Positions 21,867 to 30,426 of a stretch of 32,000 bases of DNA are shown here, in pieces. The position numbers and the translations under genes are program-made. Position 1 is the first letter of the stretch. The number at the start of each line of letters is the position of its first letter. Under the pieces are notes generated by a model. The model saw only the letters and a program-made list of their open reading frames with translations, ran no database searches and had not been told where the DNA came from. Source of the DNA: Candidatus Nanosynbacter lyticus. GTDB lineage: Bacteria; Patescibacteriota; Saccharimonadia; Saccharimonadales; Saccharimonadaceae. The DNA lies in assembly GCF_030253515.1 (NCBI RefSeq), contig NZ_CP124549.1, forward strand, positions 630,001 to 662,000, given 5' to 3'.

Positions 21867-22338
21867 ACAAACCAAGCTCCAAAACCTGACGAATGGCAAC
21901 CTTGTATCCCTCGGGCATGTTGAGCTTATTGACCTCATCCGGAGAGACAAGTGCCAACTCTTTATGTTCATGACTAAAGTGCGGCGTTGCGCCCTCGACC
22001 GCTTTCGCAAAATATGTAACCACAAAAACGTGACGATACGGAAAAATTGTGTACACCCAATTGTGAACATTCATCCCAACTGATATATCAATGTTCAGTT
22101 CTTAATGAACTTCACGTTGTACGCACGCTGTTGGACTTTCCCCGAGATCTAATTTTCCTCCCGGCAGCTCCCATTCGTCACGCTCATTTCGCAAGAGTGG
22201 AATCTGACCGTTAAGAGAGATGACAGCCTTAACAGAAATTGGCAATTGATATTCAAAATAATCAATATCCCGCTTGACCAAATAAGGCTGGGCGAGCGAC
22301 TTAACTTCAATCGTTTCCTTTTGCCAAGCCTTGAACAT
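21805..22338 (-). pseudogene. Nudix hydrolase interrupted by an in-frame TAA inside the Nudix box
   Basis: ORFs 22102..22338 and 21805..22074 are in the same frame. The read-through sequence GGKLDLGESPTACVQREVH*ELNI fits GX5EX7REUXEEXGU, with the stop (22102-22104) replacing the first Glu of the EE pair. Confidence 0.7.
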
Positions 22339-22341
22339 AAA

Positions 22342-22980
22342 TTACGCGTTCACCGCCTCAATCTCCACCGACAATACGTCTTTATTCGTCGGTAGATCAG
22401 ACGTCGGCTCAAAGGTGTAAACCAGTAGCTGACCAAACGGCATTTCCACATGGGCCATGTCTGCTTCTGGCACGTGGTCGAGATGTTTCATCAGCGCGCG
22501 GATAGAATTACCATGCGCCACTAATAGAATGTTCTCACCGGCCTGTAATTTTGGTAAAATCTCCCGCTCAAAATACGGCACGACCCGCGCATGAACATCC
22601 TTGAGCGTTTCACCACCCGGCACTGGATAATCCCAGCCGCGCCGGATACCGTTGAAGGCTTCCTCGCCAATCTCCGCCTTGACTTCCCACTTATTTTTAC
22701 CAGTCAGATCACCATAATCACGCTCATTCAGCTCGGCTGCTTGCGTCGTCGGCAGACTGCCCATGCCGCGCCCCTCAAGCAGCGCATCCAGCGTTTGGTG
22801 CGTCCGCTTGAGTGCCGACGTATACGCCTCATCAAACCTGATGTCTTTGAGTAGCGCACCCAGCCGCACTGTGTCGGCCCGCCCTTTTTCCGTGAGCCCC
22901 ACGTCCGTCCAGCCCGTCCACTTGCCGAGCAGATTCCATTCACTTTCACCGTGTCGACTGATAACTAATATTCCCATCAT
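22342..22980 (-). CDS. gpmA: 2,3-bisphosphoglycerate-dependent phosphoglycerate mutase (histidine phosphatase family)
   Basis: Motifs SRHGESEWN, ALKRT and VAHGNSIRAL are present. SD GGAGGAGG precedes tandem ATGs at 22980 and 22977. Confidence 0.88.
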   Translation of the reverse strand: MMGILVISRHGESEWNLLGKWTGWTDVGLTEKGRADTVRLGALLKDIRFDEAYTSALKRTHQTLDALLEGRGMGSLPTTQAAELNERDYGDLTGKNKWEVKAEIGEEAFNGIRRGWDYPVPGGETLKDVHARVVPYFEREILPKLQAGENILLVAHGNSIRALMKHLDHVPEADMAHVEMPFGQLLVYTFEPTSDLPTNKDVLSVEIEAVNA

Positions 22981-23000
22981 TCCTCCTCCGTTTATTTTTC

Positions 23001-23525
23001 CTACGAACCAAATCCCACGAATTGCGTAACCGCCTCTTGACGTTCGTCATCGCCGTCAACGATTCGCGTTTCGACATAGCCGCCTGGCCGATGATGAGCC
23101 CAATGTGGTATTGACCACGCGAATCCTTCATTGCTTGCCAGCACTGCGTCGCGGCTCAGGAACTGATAGGCGTCAATTTCCGACTGTTGCAAGACGATCT
23201 GCCCAAGTCGCTCATCATCCAGCACGGCCCGAAAGATATACTGATGCGCCAGTCCTTTGTCGCTGGAGCGTGACGCTACCGCAAAAAACGAAACTTCCTC
23301 CTCGGTGACGACTAACCCGACCTCTTCCTGGGCTTCGCGAAGTGCTGCCTGTAGCGGCGTTTCGCCAGCGTCAACCATACCACCGGGCAGACTCCAGTGC
23401 GTCTTGTAATACGCCTTGACTGTGAGCAGCTCACCCGCCGGATTTTCAATCAGCAGCGCAGCACTGGCGATCCGAGTGTCCTGCGTCTTTAGCCACTCCT
23501 CATGCGGCAACCAACCACTTCTCAT
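23001..23525 (-). CDS. Nudix hydrolase (intact)
   Basis: Complete Nudix box GGMVDAGETPLQAALREAQEEVGL. The start overlaps the rny stop (TAATG). Confidence 0.85.
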   Translation of the reverse strand: MRSGWLPHEEWLKTQDTRIASAALLIENPAGELLTVKAYYKTHWSLPGGMVDAGETPLQAALREAQEEVGLVVTEEEVSFFAVASRSSDKGLAHQYIFRAVLDDERLGQIVLQQSEIDAYQFLSRDAVLASNEGFAWSIPHWAHHRPGGYVETRIVDGDDERQEAVTQFVGFGS

Positions 23526-25015
23526 TATTTTGCGTACTCGATCGCCCGTGTTTCACGGATTACATTAACCTTGATAGTGCCTGGGTACTGCATGGTTGAT
23601 TCAATTTTAGTAGCGATATCGCGCGACAGTTTGAATGCGCTCAGATCATCAATATCCTCTGACCGGACAATCACCCGCACTTCGCGCCCCGCAGAAATTG
23701 CATAGGCTTTATCAACACCATTAAAGCTGGTTGCTACGTTCTCTAGGTCGCGCATCCGCTCAGCAAAATTCTCGGCTGAAATATTGCGTGCTCCTGGCCG
23801 AGCAGCACTGGCGGCGTCGCACACTCGTACGATCAATGCCTCCGGCGTCGTCGCCTCGATATCATCATGATGCGCTTCGATGGCGTGAACGATCCGCTCG
23901 TCCATGCCGTATTTGCGCGCTAGCTCGGCACCGATGTGGTGATGCTTACCCTCGATCTTATGCGTTACCGCCTTACCGACGTCATGCAGCAATGTCGCGA
24001 TTTTTGTGATGCGCACATCAGCGCCAATTTCCTCAGCGATCACCCCAGCCATCTGGGCCATCTCAGTCGAATGCTTCAATACGTTCTGCCCGTAACTCGT
24101 CCGGAATTTCAGCTCACCGAGCAGTCGCTGCATTTCCTTCGGGATGCCGACGACGCCCGTCTCGCGCATGGCGTCCTCGCCGGCCTGCTTGACTTCTTTA
24201 TCGATCTGTTTTTTCGCCTTGGCGACAACTTCTTCAATGCGGGCCGGGTGGATACGGCCATCTTTCATCAACATCTCGAGGCTCAATCGAGCCACCTGCC
24301 GGCGAATTGGATCAAAACTCGACAGCACGATCATACCCGGCGTATCATCCACCAAAATATCGACACCAGTCTCGCGCTGCAACGCCTGAATGTTGCGACC
24401 TTCTTTGCCGATGATTCGACCTTTCATCTCATCATCAGTCAGCTTGACGGCCGTGACTGTTCGCTCAGCCGTCACCTCGCTGCTCATCCGCTCCATCGCC
24501 GTGAGCAAGATCATCTGCGCCCGCTCTTCGGCATCATCCATAGCCTCGTGTTGTAATTTTGACACCAATCCGACCAGATCGTTCTTGATATCGCGCTCTG
24601 TCATTTGCATGAGCTTGTCGGCAGCATCCTTTTTCTTTAGGCCCGCAATCTTCTCGAGCTTCTCCTGCTGACGCGTGCGAATAGTGCGAATCTCTTCCTT
24701 GAGATTATCAACCTCATCTTCGTGTGCGCGCAGCTTCTCCGCCCGCTTGTCTAGTTCGTCCAATTTCCGATCCAGCGTCTGCTCGCGATCCGCCAACCGA
24801 TTCTCGGTCTTTTGCCACTCGCGGCGGCGCTCATTTTCGATTTTTAAGGCTTCGTCCTTAGCTTTCAGGACAATGTCGCTCGCCTTACTCTTTGCCTCGG
24901 CGATGTCACGCTCAATTTGCGACTTGCCATTAGCTTGCCGTGTTCGCTGATAGGCGTAAAAACCGCCCACGCCAAGTGCCGCGCCAACCAAGCCGCCAAT
25001 AACTATTCCTACCAT
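23525..25015 (-). CDS. rny: ribonuclease Y
   Basis: ORF trimmed to ATG 25015 (MVGIVIGGLVGAALGVGGFYAY, a TM anchor) behind AAAGGAAA. Features: charged coiled coil, KH domain (IGKEGRNIQAL) and HD domain (LLHDVGKA, AHHDD). Confidence 0.93.
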   Translation of the reverse strand: MVGIVIGGLVGAALGVGGFYAYQRTRQANGKSQIERDIAEAKSKASDIVLKAKDEALKIENERRREWQKTENRLADREQTLDRKLDELDKRAEKLRAHEDEVDNLKEEIRTIRTRQQEKLEKIAGLKKKDAADKLMQMTERDIKNDLVGLVSKLQHEAMDDAEERAQMILLTAMERMSSEVTAERTVTAVKLTDDEMKGRIIGKEGRNIQALQRETGVDILVDDTPGMIVLSSFDPIRRQVARLSLEMLMKDGRIHPARIEEVVAKAKKQIDKEVKQAGEDAMRETGVVGIPKEMQRLLGELKFRTSYGQNVLKHSTEMAQMAGVIAEEIGADVRITKIATLLHDVGKAVTHKIEGKHHHIGAELARKYGMDERIVHAIEAHHDDIEATTPEALIVRVCDAASAARPGARNISAENFAERMRDLENVATSFNGVDKAYAISAGREVRVIVRSEDIDDLSAFKLSRDIATKIESTMQYPGTIKVNVIRETRAIEYAK

Positions 25016-25170
25016 ATGATTTCCTTTCTTTTCTGACCAGTCGCCCCGGGTATACACCCCGAGAAATGTATCAACGACTGGCCATATTCAACTGATGCAA
25101 TAAAACGGCCCGAGCCACTAATCTAAAGCCGTCCTACTTTTATTGTACGATATTGCGGATGAAAATACCA

Positions 25171-25545
25171 CTATTTGCGCGGAGCCGTGATGTGAGCCGC
25201 GCCGCCATATTCGGGGAGAATAATCGTGTCGTTTTCGGCGCGCTTCAGCCGCTCCAGGCAGTCATCTCGCCAGTGATCGCCACTACTGCCAACGATCGGA
25301 ATGCCGAGTCCCTCCGCCAACGTGTTTGCCACCGCACAGCCAATCCTCAGTCCCGTAAAGCTACCCGGCCCACGCATGATGCCGATACCACTGATGTGGT
25401 GAATGCCGCCGGTCTGCTCGTCCAAAAATCGTAGCAGCCCTCGGGCTAAACCACGACCCGCTTCCCAAGCCACCTCTCGCCAGGTATCACCCTGAACAAT
25501 CGTTAAACGGCACGTCATCGTCGATGTATCGAGCAGAATAATCAC
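25171..25545 (-). CDS. tsaB: tRNA t6A biosynthesis protein TsaB, short form (124 aa)
   Basis: GTG start overlaps the tsaE stop (GTGA). N-terminal ASKHA half with MRGPGSFTGLRIG. The C-terminal half typical of YeaZ/TsaB is absent. Confidence 0.75.
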   Translation of the reverse strand: MIILLDTSTMTCRLTIVQGDTWREVAWEAGRGLARGLLRFLDEQTGGIHHISGIGIMRGPGSFTGLRIGCAVANTLAEGLGIPIVGSSGDHWRDDCLERLKRAENDTIILPEYGGAAHITAPRK

Positions 25546-26018
25546 GCTAACTCCTCGTCCGCCGCACTGATTGCCGCGAGGAGTGCCCGGCTCGTCGGCC
25601 CGCCAGCACTCAACGTGACACGCCGCGACTGTTCGTCAATTGCTAGAATCCTCGCTGTCAGTCGATCAGCTGGCAATACCTGCTCGACGGCACCCGCCCA
25701 CTCAACCACTGTTACGGTCTGTGGTTGCATGGTTACCTCATGAATTTCTTCCGCCATGATACCCGCCTCACCCAATCGATAAAAATCATAGTGAGCCAGC
25801 GTCAAGCCGCCCGGCGACTGGTACACGCGGGAAATAGTAAATGTTGGGCTTTGCACCGGTTCAGTAATGTCGAGCCCCTCGGCAACACCTTTCGTTAGCG
25901 TTGTCTTGCCAGCGCCGATGTCCCCGACCAGCTCAATCACCTCACCACCCTTCAGGCTGCGCCCAATCACCTGACCCAGCTGCTGCATCGCTGTGATACT
26001 GGTAATAATCTGGCTCAT
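25542..26018 (-). CDS. tsaE: tRNA t6A biosynthesis ATPase TsaE
   Basis: P-loop GDIGAGKTTLTKG, followed by SPTFT and HYDFYRL motifs. ATGA overlap with the upstream PRC-barrel gene. Confidence 0.88.
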   Translation of the reverse strand: MSQIITSITAMQQLGQVIGRSLKGGEVIELVGDIGAGKTTLTKGVAEGLDITEPVQSPTFTISRVYQSPGGLTLAHYDFYRLGEAGIMAEEIHEVTMQPQTVTVVEWAGAVEQVLPADRLTARILAIDEQSRRVTLSAGGPTSRALLAAISAADEELA

Positions 26019-26599
26019 TTGCTGTCGCTGCCGTCAGCTTCGGCCGCAGGATGCGCCTTTCGGAATGGATTTTCGAACGTTGGCTGTGGCTGCACAACCG
26101 GCTCCTTGTGGCGGATCTCTGGCGTCTTGACAACGATATGTTCGTCAGTCACACGAACGATCTGCGAACGATGAATCAGCAGTTCAGTATCGCCAAAACT
26201 CTTGAGTAGTGGTCGCCGCACCCGGAGCTGCTGAATGACAAAATTACCGGCCTCCAACGTGTAGCCGATGACCTTGCCAACCTTATGATTTTTTTCATCA
26301 ATGACCCGCTTACCAACTAGTGCGAACTGAAACTCATACACTTCCTTGATCTTCAGGACGTCGCTCGGCATAATCAGCTCGTCCGCCGAATCAATGATCA
26401 GACCCAGCGGCCCAATTTCCCGCACATCGGCGATCCGCAGTAAACTCGGTGACTGATCAAGCGTCGGCCCTTCTAGCTCATACGCCACGATTGATAAATT
26501 GCGCGGGTCAATCACCGCCCGCGATGTCCGTGCCAGCTCCGAGCCAGTCTGTAGGCTCATCACCGGTGCGTTATCAAATCGTTCAGCAGAAATTAGCAT
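26015..26599 (-). CDS. PRC-barrel domain protein (two tandem PRC-like repeats)
   Basis: ORF 26015..26608 trimmed to ATG 26599. Repeated pattern: PVMSLQTGSELARTSRAVIDPRNLSIVAYEL and VIDEKNHKVGKVIGYTLEAGNFVIQQLRV. Confidence 0.65.
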   Translation of the reverse strand: MLISAERFDNAPVMSLQTGSELARTSRAVIDPRNLSIVAYELEGPTLDQSPSLLRIADVREIGPLGLIIDSADELIMPSDVLKIKEVYEFQFALVGKRVIDEKNHKVGKVIGYTLEAGNFVIQQLRVRRPLLKSFGDTELLIHRSQIVRVTDEHIVVKTPEIRHKEPVVQPQPTFENPFRKAHPAAEADGSDSK

Positions 26600-26608
26600 A
26601 CTTCTCAC

Positions 26609-26614
26609 ATTATA
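26609..26614 (-). promoter_or_regulatory. -10 box (TATAAT) for the PRC-tsaE-tsaB operon
   Basis: The minus strand reads TATAAT, 9 nt before ATG 26599. This implies a near-leaderless transcript. Confidence 0.45.
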
Positions 26615-26626
26615 GCGATATCCACG

Positions 26627-26914
26627 CTATTCGGCAAACAGGTTCGTCCGCCCCGCCGGCAGACTAAAATTGGCGTTGGCGGTATCGCGCGTACGGAAAC
26701 TGTTGATCTGGTCAATCGTCTTCTGGTCAAATCGCGTCGTCTGTTGTTGGATGGTATCTTCTTTTGGATTCGACGAGGCGAGTAGACTGTAGAGCAGGAA
26801 AATTGCCACCGACACACCAACCACCACCGTCAATGTATAAAGGATAACGTGGTAGCGATGGAAAAACCGCGACACCAGTGTACCAATTTGTGAAATATCA
26901 GGTGAATTTTTCAT
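26627..26914 (-). CDS. small bitopic membrane protein (95 aa), last gene of the pilMNO operon
   Basis: ATGA overlap with the pilO-like gene. One TM helix (ILYTLTVVVGVSVAIFLLYSLL). Confidence 0.65.
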   Translation of the reverse strand: MKNSPDISQIGTLVSRFFHRYHVILYTLTVVVGVSVAIFLLYSLLASSNPKEDTIQQQTTRFDQKTIDQINSFRTRDTANANFSLPAGRTNLFAE

Positions 26915-27540
26915 CGAACATATACCTCCACATCCAGGGTTTGCGTACTCACTTGGCCTACCCCCTCAGCCTTGGACATGCTGACACTAGCGATCTGCAT
27001 CCGCGTCAAGTTCTGCTCAATCAAATGCATAAATCGAAGCAGCGCCATGTAATCTGTTTTTTCGTTGAGGCGAACCGACACTTTCATGCTTTTTGGCCCG
27101 GCAGCGCTGTTTGAACCGGAGCTGTTATTCGTACCCGAGGTGCCTGATGAACCCGAGTTTGACTTGGCTCCAGCCGAGCCTGATGTGAAGGTGAACCCAG
27201 CAATGCCAACGCCTGATTGATTGGCGTAAGTAGTGAGGTCATTGATGATCTGATTCTGATATTGATATTGCTGAGTTTCTGCTACTAGCTGCCGAGCCTT
27301 GGCAACACTATCCTTATATTTCTCCATCTCCTTTTCCAGCCGCGCTAGATTTTGCACCTTAGCGTCAACCGCTTTTGCCTCAGTCTGAATCTTAGAGACT
27401 TCCTCAGCGGTACCCTGCAGCATGGTGTAGCCGAAATAAACGATCCCTCCCATGCCGACCAAGATCAGTACTAGCGACAGCGCAAAGACGATCCGCATGG
27501 TCACCGCCGGTGTCATTTTTTCTCGTTTTCTCTCACTCAT
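26911..27540 (-). CDS. pilO: PilO-like type IV pilus assembly protein
   Basis: N-terminal TM helix and coiled coil, then a C-terminal domain. A Ser/Gly/Asn low-complexity insert is present. ATGA overlap with pilN. The assignment rests on position and architecture. Confidence 0.6.
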   Translation of the reverse strand: MSERKREKMTPAVTMRIVFALSLVLILVGMGGIVYFGYTMLQGTAEEVSKIQTEAKAVDAKVQNLARLEKEMEKYKDSVAKARQLVAETQQYQYQNQIINDLTTYANQSGVGIAGFTFTSGSAGAKSNSGSSGTSGTNNSSGSNSAAGPKSMKVSVRLNEKTDYMALLRFMHLIEQNLTRMQIASVSMSKAEGVGQVSTQTLDVEVYVR

Positions 27541-28097
27541 TGCTTCGCGACCTCCGGCACCATCGTCACATTAATTGTAATATTGATTGGGTAACCGTCC
27601 TTGTTTTCTTTTTCGGCCACCGCCGAGGCGAGATTAACATCCTTAAAGAGGTTTGACTGCTGAAAACTGTCCTTCAGCCGCAGTGCATCGCCATACGTTT
27701 TGCCGCGTGCGTTGATAGTCATCGGCGTGCCGAGCTTCTTGCTATCCAGCGTCAACGTTTGCAAAATTGTTCCCGATGGCATCGCCTGGGCAATCTTGAG
27801 TGCCACCTTTGAATATCGCACGTCTTTATCAAGGATTGCTTTAGCAATCTTGAGGTTTGCACTAAACGAGTCATAATCCTGCTGGACTTTTTGATACTGC
27901 AGCGCCCGACGGTTACCCGTCTCAATCGTCTGCTGAGCAGTCGTTTTTGCATGCTCCATGATCAAATAAATACCTACTGTCGCCACGATGAGTAAGAAGC
28001 CGAGGATTAACGACACCACGCAGTAGCGCCACAATATCACATTTGACCGGCCGGCGACAATCTCACGTTTAACTTTCGGCGGTAATAGATTAATCAT
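27537..28097 (-). CDS. pilN: PilN-like type IV pilus assembly protein
   Basis: MINLLPPKVKRE N-terminus (the INLLP PilM-binding motif) and a single TM helix. It overlaps pilM by 8 nt. Confidence 0.75.
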   Translation of the reverse strand: MINLLPPKVKREIVAGRSNVILWRYCVVSLILGFLLIVATVGIYLIMEHAKTTAQQTIETGNRRALQYQKVQQDYDSFSANLKIAKAILDKDVRYSKVALKIAQAMPSGTILQTLTLDSKKLGTPMTINARGKTYGDALRLKDSFQQSNLFKDVNLASAVAEKENKDGYPINITINVTMVPEVAKQ

Positions 28098-29139
28098 GCC
28101 AAATCTCCTCCGCTCGCACCAGTGATAAGCCAGCTGCTGTCATAAACCGCGGTCGTAGCTGTTTGGCCGGCGGTGCTAAATTATTAAAGTTCAGCGACTG
28201 CCACGGACTAGCCACTCGTGCTGGCAGGGTCAGCTCGCCCGTAAAGTACTCACCAAGCCCTGGCACACTACTACCGCTACCAACGATCAACACCTGTTCA
28301 AGGCGGGATTCATCCGGGAAGCGATCGGTGTAGTAGCGAATAACTTTCTGGATTTCACCGATGATCCGCTGCAGACTCGGCTTTAGTGCCTCGGTAATTT
28401 TTTCTTGGCGCGGGCCAGTGTTGAGGCCATTAAGCACCTTGAATTGGTGCGCCGTCTCGAGTGGTACGTTCAATTTTTTCGCAATGTCAAGCGTCAATGT
28501 ATTGCCACCAATGTTTAGACCACCGGTCACGCGAATTGCCGCATCAAGAATAGCGATATCGGTCGTCGCTGGGCCGATGTCAACGATAACTGTCGGCAGC
28601 GACCCTTCTTTAGTTCGCTCAAGCAGTCGTGCCACCGCATTGATACTCGGCTCAATCATCGCCACCTCAATACCGCACGATTCAACAATTGCCAGCTGCT
28701 CGTCAACAATCTTTTGCGGCACCGCGCACATCAAGACCGATAAATTTTCTTTGCCGCGCTTGATAATCTGATGATCAACATAAAGCGAATCGAGCGGCAT
28801 CGGCACATACTGCTCGACCTCGAGATTCACCGCCTCCTCAATCTTATTCTCCTGCTTGATCGGCAGCGCAAAGGTGCGCGCGTATGTCTTGGTCGTCGGC
28901 AATCCCAGTACCACGCGGTTACTGCCGAGCCGTCCGACAATATTCTTTTCAAACATTTGATTGATCTTGCCGCAGAGATACTCTGCCCGGTCATCGCTCT
29001 CGTCCTTCGCCGGATCCAGCTCAATCGCGCCGTATCCATGCACCGTCATCCGTGCCATATCGACTGACATTACCCGAACGCCGGCCTTGTTAATATCAAG
29101 CCCGATGATCGGCTTTGACTTGTAGAAAATATTTGCCAC
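28090..29139 (-). CDS. pilM: PilM, actin-like type IV pilus assembly ATPase-fold protein
   Basis: IGLDINKAGVRV and VIVDIGPATTDIAIL phosphate-binding motifs. The start is taken as GTG 29139. The alternative is TTG 29199, which abuts the pilC stop. Confidence 0.8.
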   Translation of the reverse strand: MANIFYKSKPIIGLDINKAGVRVMSVDMARMTVHGYGAIELDPAKDESDDRAEYLCGKINQMFEKNIVGRLGSNRVVLGLPTTKTYARTFALPIKQENKIEEAVNLEVEQYVPMPLDSLYVDHQIIKRGKENLSVLMCAVPQKIVDEQLAIVESCGIEVAMIEPSINAVARLLERTKEGSLPTVIVDIGPATTDIAILDAAIRVTGGLNIGGNTLTLDIAKKLNVPLETAHQFKVLNGLNTGPRQEKITEALKPSLQRIIGEIQKVIRYYTDRFPDESRLEQVLIVGSGSSVPGLGEYFTGELTLPARVASPWQSLNFNNLAPPAKQLRPRFMTAAGLSLVRAEEIWHD

Positions 29140-29170
29140 TATCGTTTGCCCACATCTCTTCTTTTTGTTA

Positions 29171-29179
29171 AGTATAGCA
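29171..29179 (-). promoter_or_regulatory. internal extended -10 promoter (TGCTATACT) ahead of pilM
   Basis: The minus strand reads TGCTATACT, with TTGGTT 17 nt upstream. Confidence 0.4.
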
Positions 29180-29199
29180 TAAGCATTTTGAAAAACCAA

Positions 29200-30426
29200 C
29201 TACCCCTTAATTTGATTTGCTAATCCAGTAATCGGCATCATCACCGCCGCCGCGATCAAGCCGACCATACCACCCATAAAGACGATCATCACCGGCTCAA
29301 TCGTCGAACTCAAACCGCTAATCGCTGCATCGACCTCTTCCTCATAAAAATCCGCCACCTTGACCAGCACCTTATCCGTCTGGCCCGTCTCTTCACCGAC
29401 CGCCAGCATCTGGCCAACGATTGGTGGATAGAGATCTTCGCGCTCATTGATAATCCGCGACAAGACCTCGCCATTCTTAATGCGCTTGGCAGCATCAAGC
29501 AATGAATCTTGATACACCGTGTTACCGACTGCCCGGGCCGTTACTTCCAGCGCCTCGAGTACCGACACACCCGCACCGATCAGCGCCGAGAAGGTACGGG
29601 TAAACCGCGCCACCGCCACCTTGCGAATAATCTTACTGACGATCGGTGCTTTCAGGACAAAATGATGGAACTTGACTTTACCTTTTGGCGACTTGATGTA
29701 GCGAAGCAGCGCATACACACCGCCAAATAATAGCGGGAAAATAATATACCAAAAACTTACCATAAACTGGCTGATACTCATCAGTATCTGCGTCAGGGCT
29801 GGCAGCTCCGCGTCCTCGCCCGCCAGATCCTTAATCGTCTTGCCAATCATCGGCAGGACAAAAATCATCAAACCAAAGAACGCCCCGATAGTGATGACGA
29901 TCAGCACCATCGGATAGGTCATAGCACTCTTAATCTTCTTTTTCATTGATGAGTTCTTTTCCTGCTGCAGGGCCAGGCGCTTCAAAATATCATCAAGAAT
30001 ACCGCCCGCTTCACCGGCGCGCACCATGTTGACATACACATCACTAAACGCCTCAGGATGCTTGCTCAGCGCATCAGCGAACGAGGTACCGCCTTCAATC
30101 TCCTTAGATACTGCATTCAAAACCTCGCGAAAATGCGGACTCTCGGCGTGCTGCGCCATTGAGTTGAGTGACCTGAGAATTGGCACACCGGCAGACACCA
30201 TGGTGCTCAGCTGCCTGGTAAAGCTAACTAGCTCCTCGGTCGGTACTGATTTTTTGCCACCCCCAAAACGAAACCCTTTCTTTTCATCGCCAGCTTCCTT
30301 GAGATCGACCAACTTCATGCCCTGAGCTTGAATGAGCTGGATAGCACTGGCGCGACTGCTGGCTTCTAGCTCGCCGTTGATCGGCTGATTGTTATTTTTA
30401 GTTGCGATATATTTAAATTTTGTCAT
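29200..30426 (-). CDS. pilC: type IV pilus platform protein PilC (GspF/T2SS-F family)
   Basis: Two T2SS-F repeats (FTRQLSTMVSAGVPILRSL and FTRTFSALIGAGVSVLEAL) and TM helices. The start directly abuts the pilB stop. Confidence 0.9.
   Translation of the reverse strand: MTKFKYIATKNNNQPINGELEASSRASAIQLIQAQGMKLVDLKEAGDEKKGFRFGGGKKSVPTEELVSFTRQLSTMVSAGVPILRSLNSMAQHAESPHFREVLNAVSKEIEGGTSFADALSKHPEAFSDVYVNMVRAGEAGGILDDILKRLALQQEKNSSMKKKIKSAMTYPMVLIVITIGAFFGLMIFVLPMIGKTIKDLAGEDAELPALTQILMSISQFMVSFWYIIFPLLFGGVYALLRYIKSPKGKVKFHHFVLKAPIVSKIIRKVAVARFTRTFSALIGAGVSVLEALEVTARAVGNTVYQDSLLDAAKRIKNGEVLSRIINEREDLYPPIVGQMLAVGEETGQTDKVLVKVADFYEEEVDAAISGLSSTIEPVMIVFMGGMVGLIAAAVMMPITGLANQIKG

Noticed and set aside
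22102-22104. TAA as a recoded sense codon or evidence of an alternative genetic code.
   Set aside because: TAA, TAG and TGA all terminate conserved proteins at the expected length elsewhere in the window (glyA TAA, Clp TAG, murB TGA). A point nonsense mutation is the simpler explanation.
23731-24950. A series of plus-strand ORFs (23731..24009, 23936..24556, 24144..24389, 24390..24671, 24675..24950) antisense to rny.
   Set aside because: These are low-complexity Ser/Arg/Leu-rich shadow frames of a well-conserved gene (RNase Y), with no translation signals. The same reasoning applies to 11498..12346, 13040..13678, 9151..9663 and 10333..10755.
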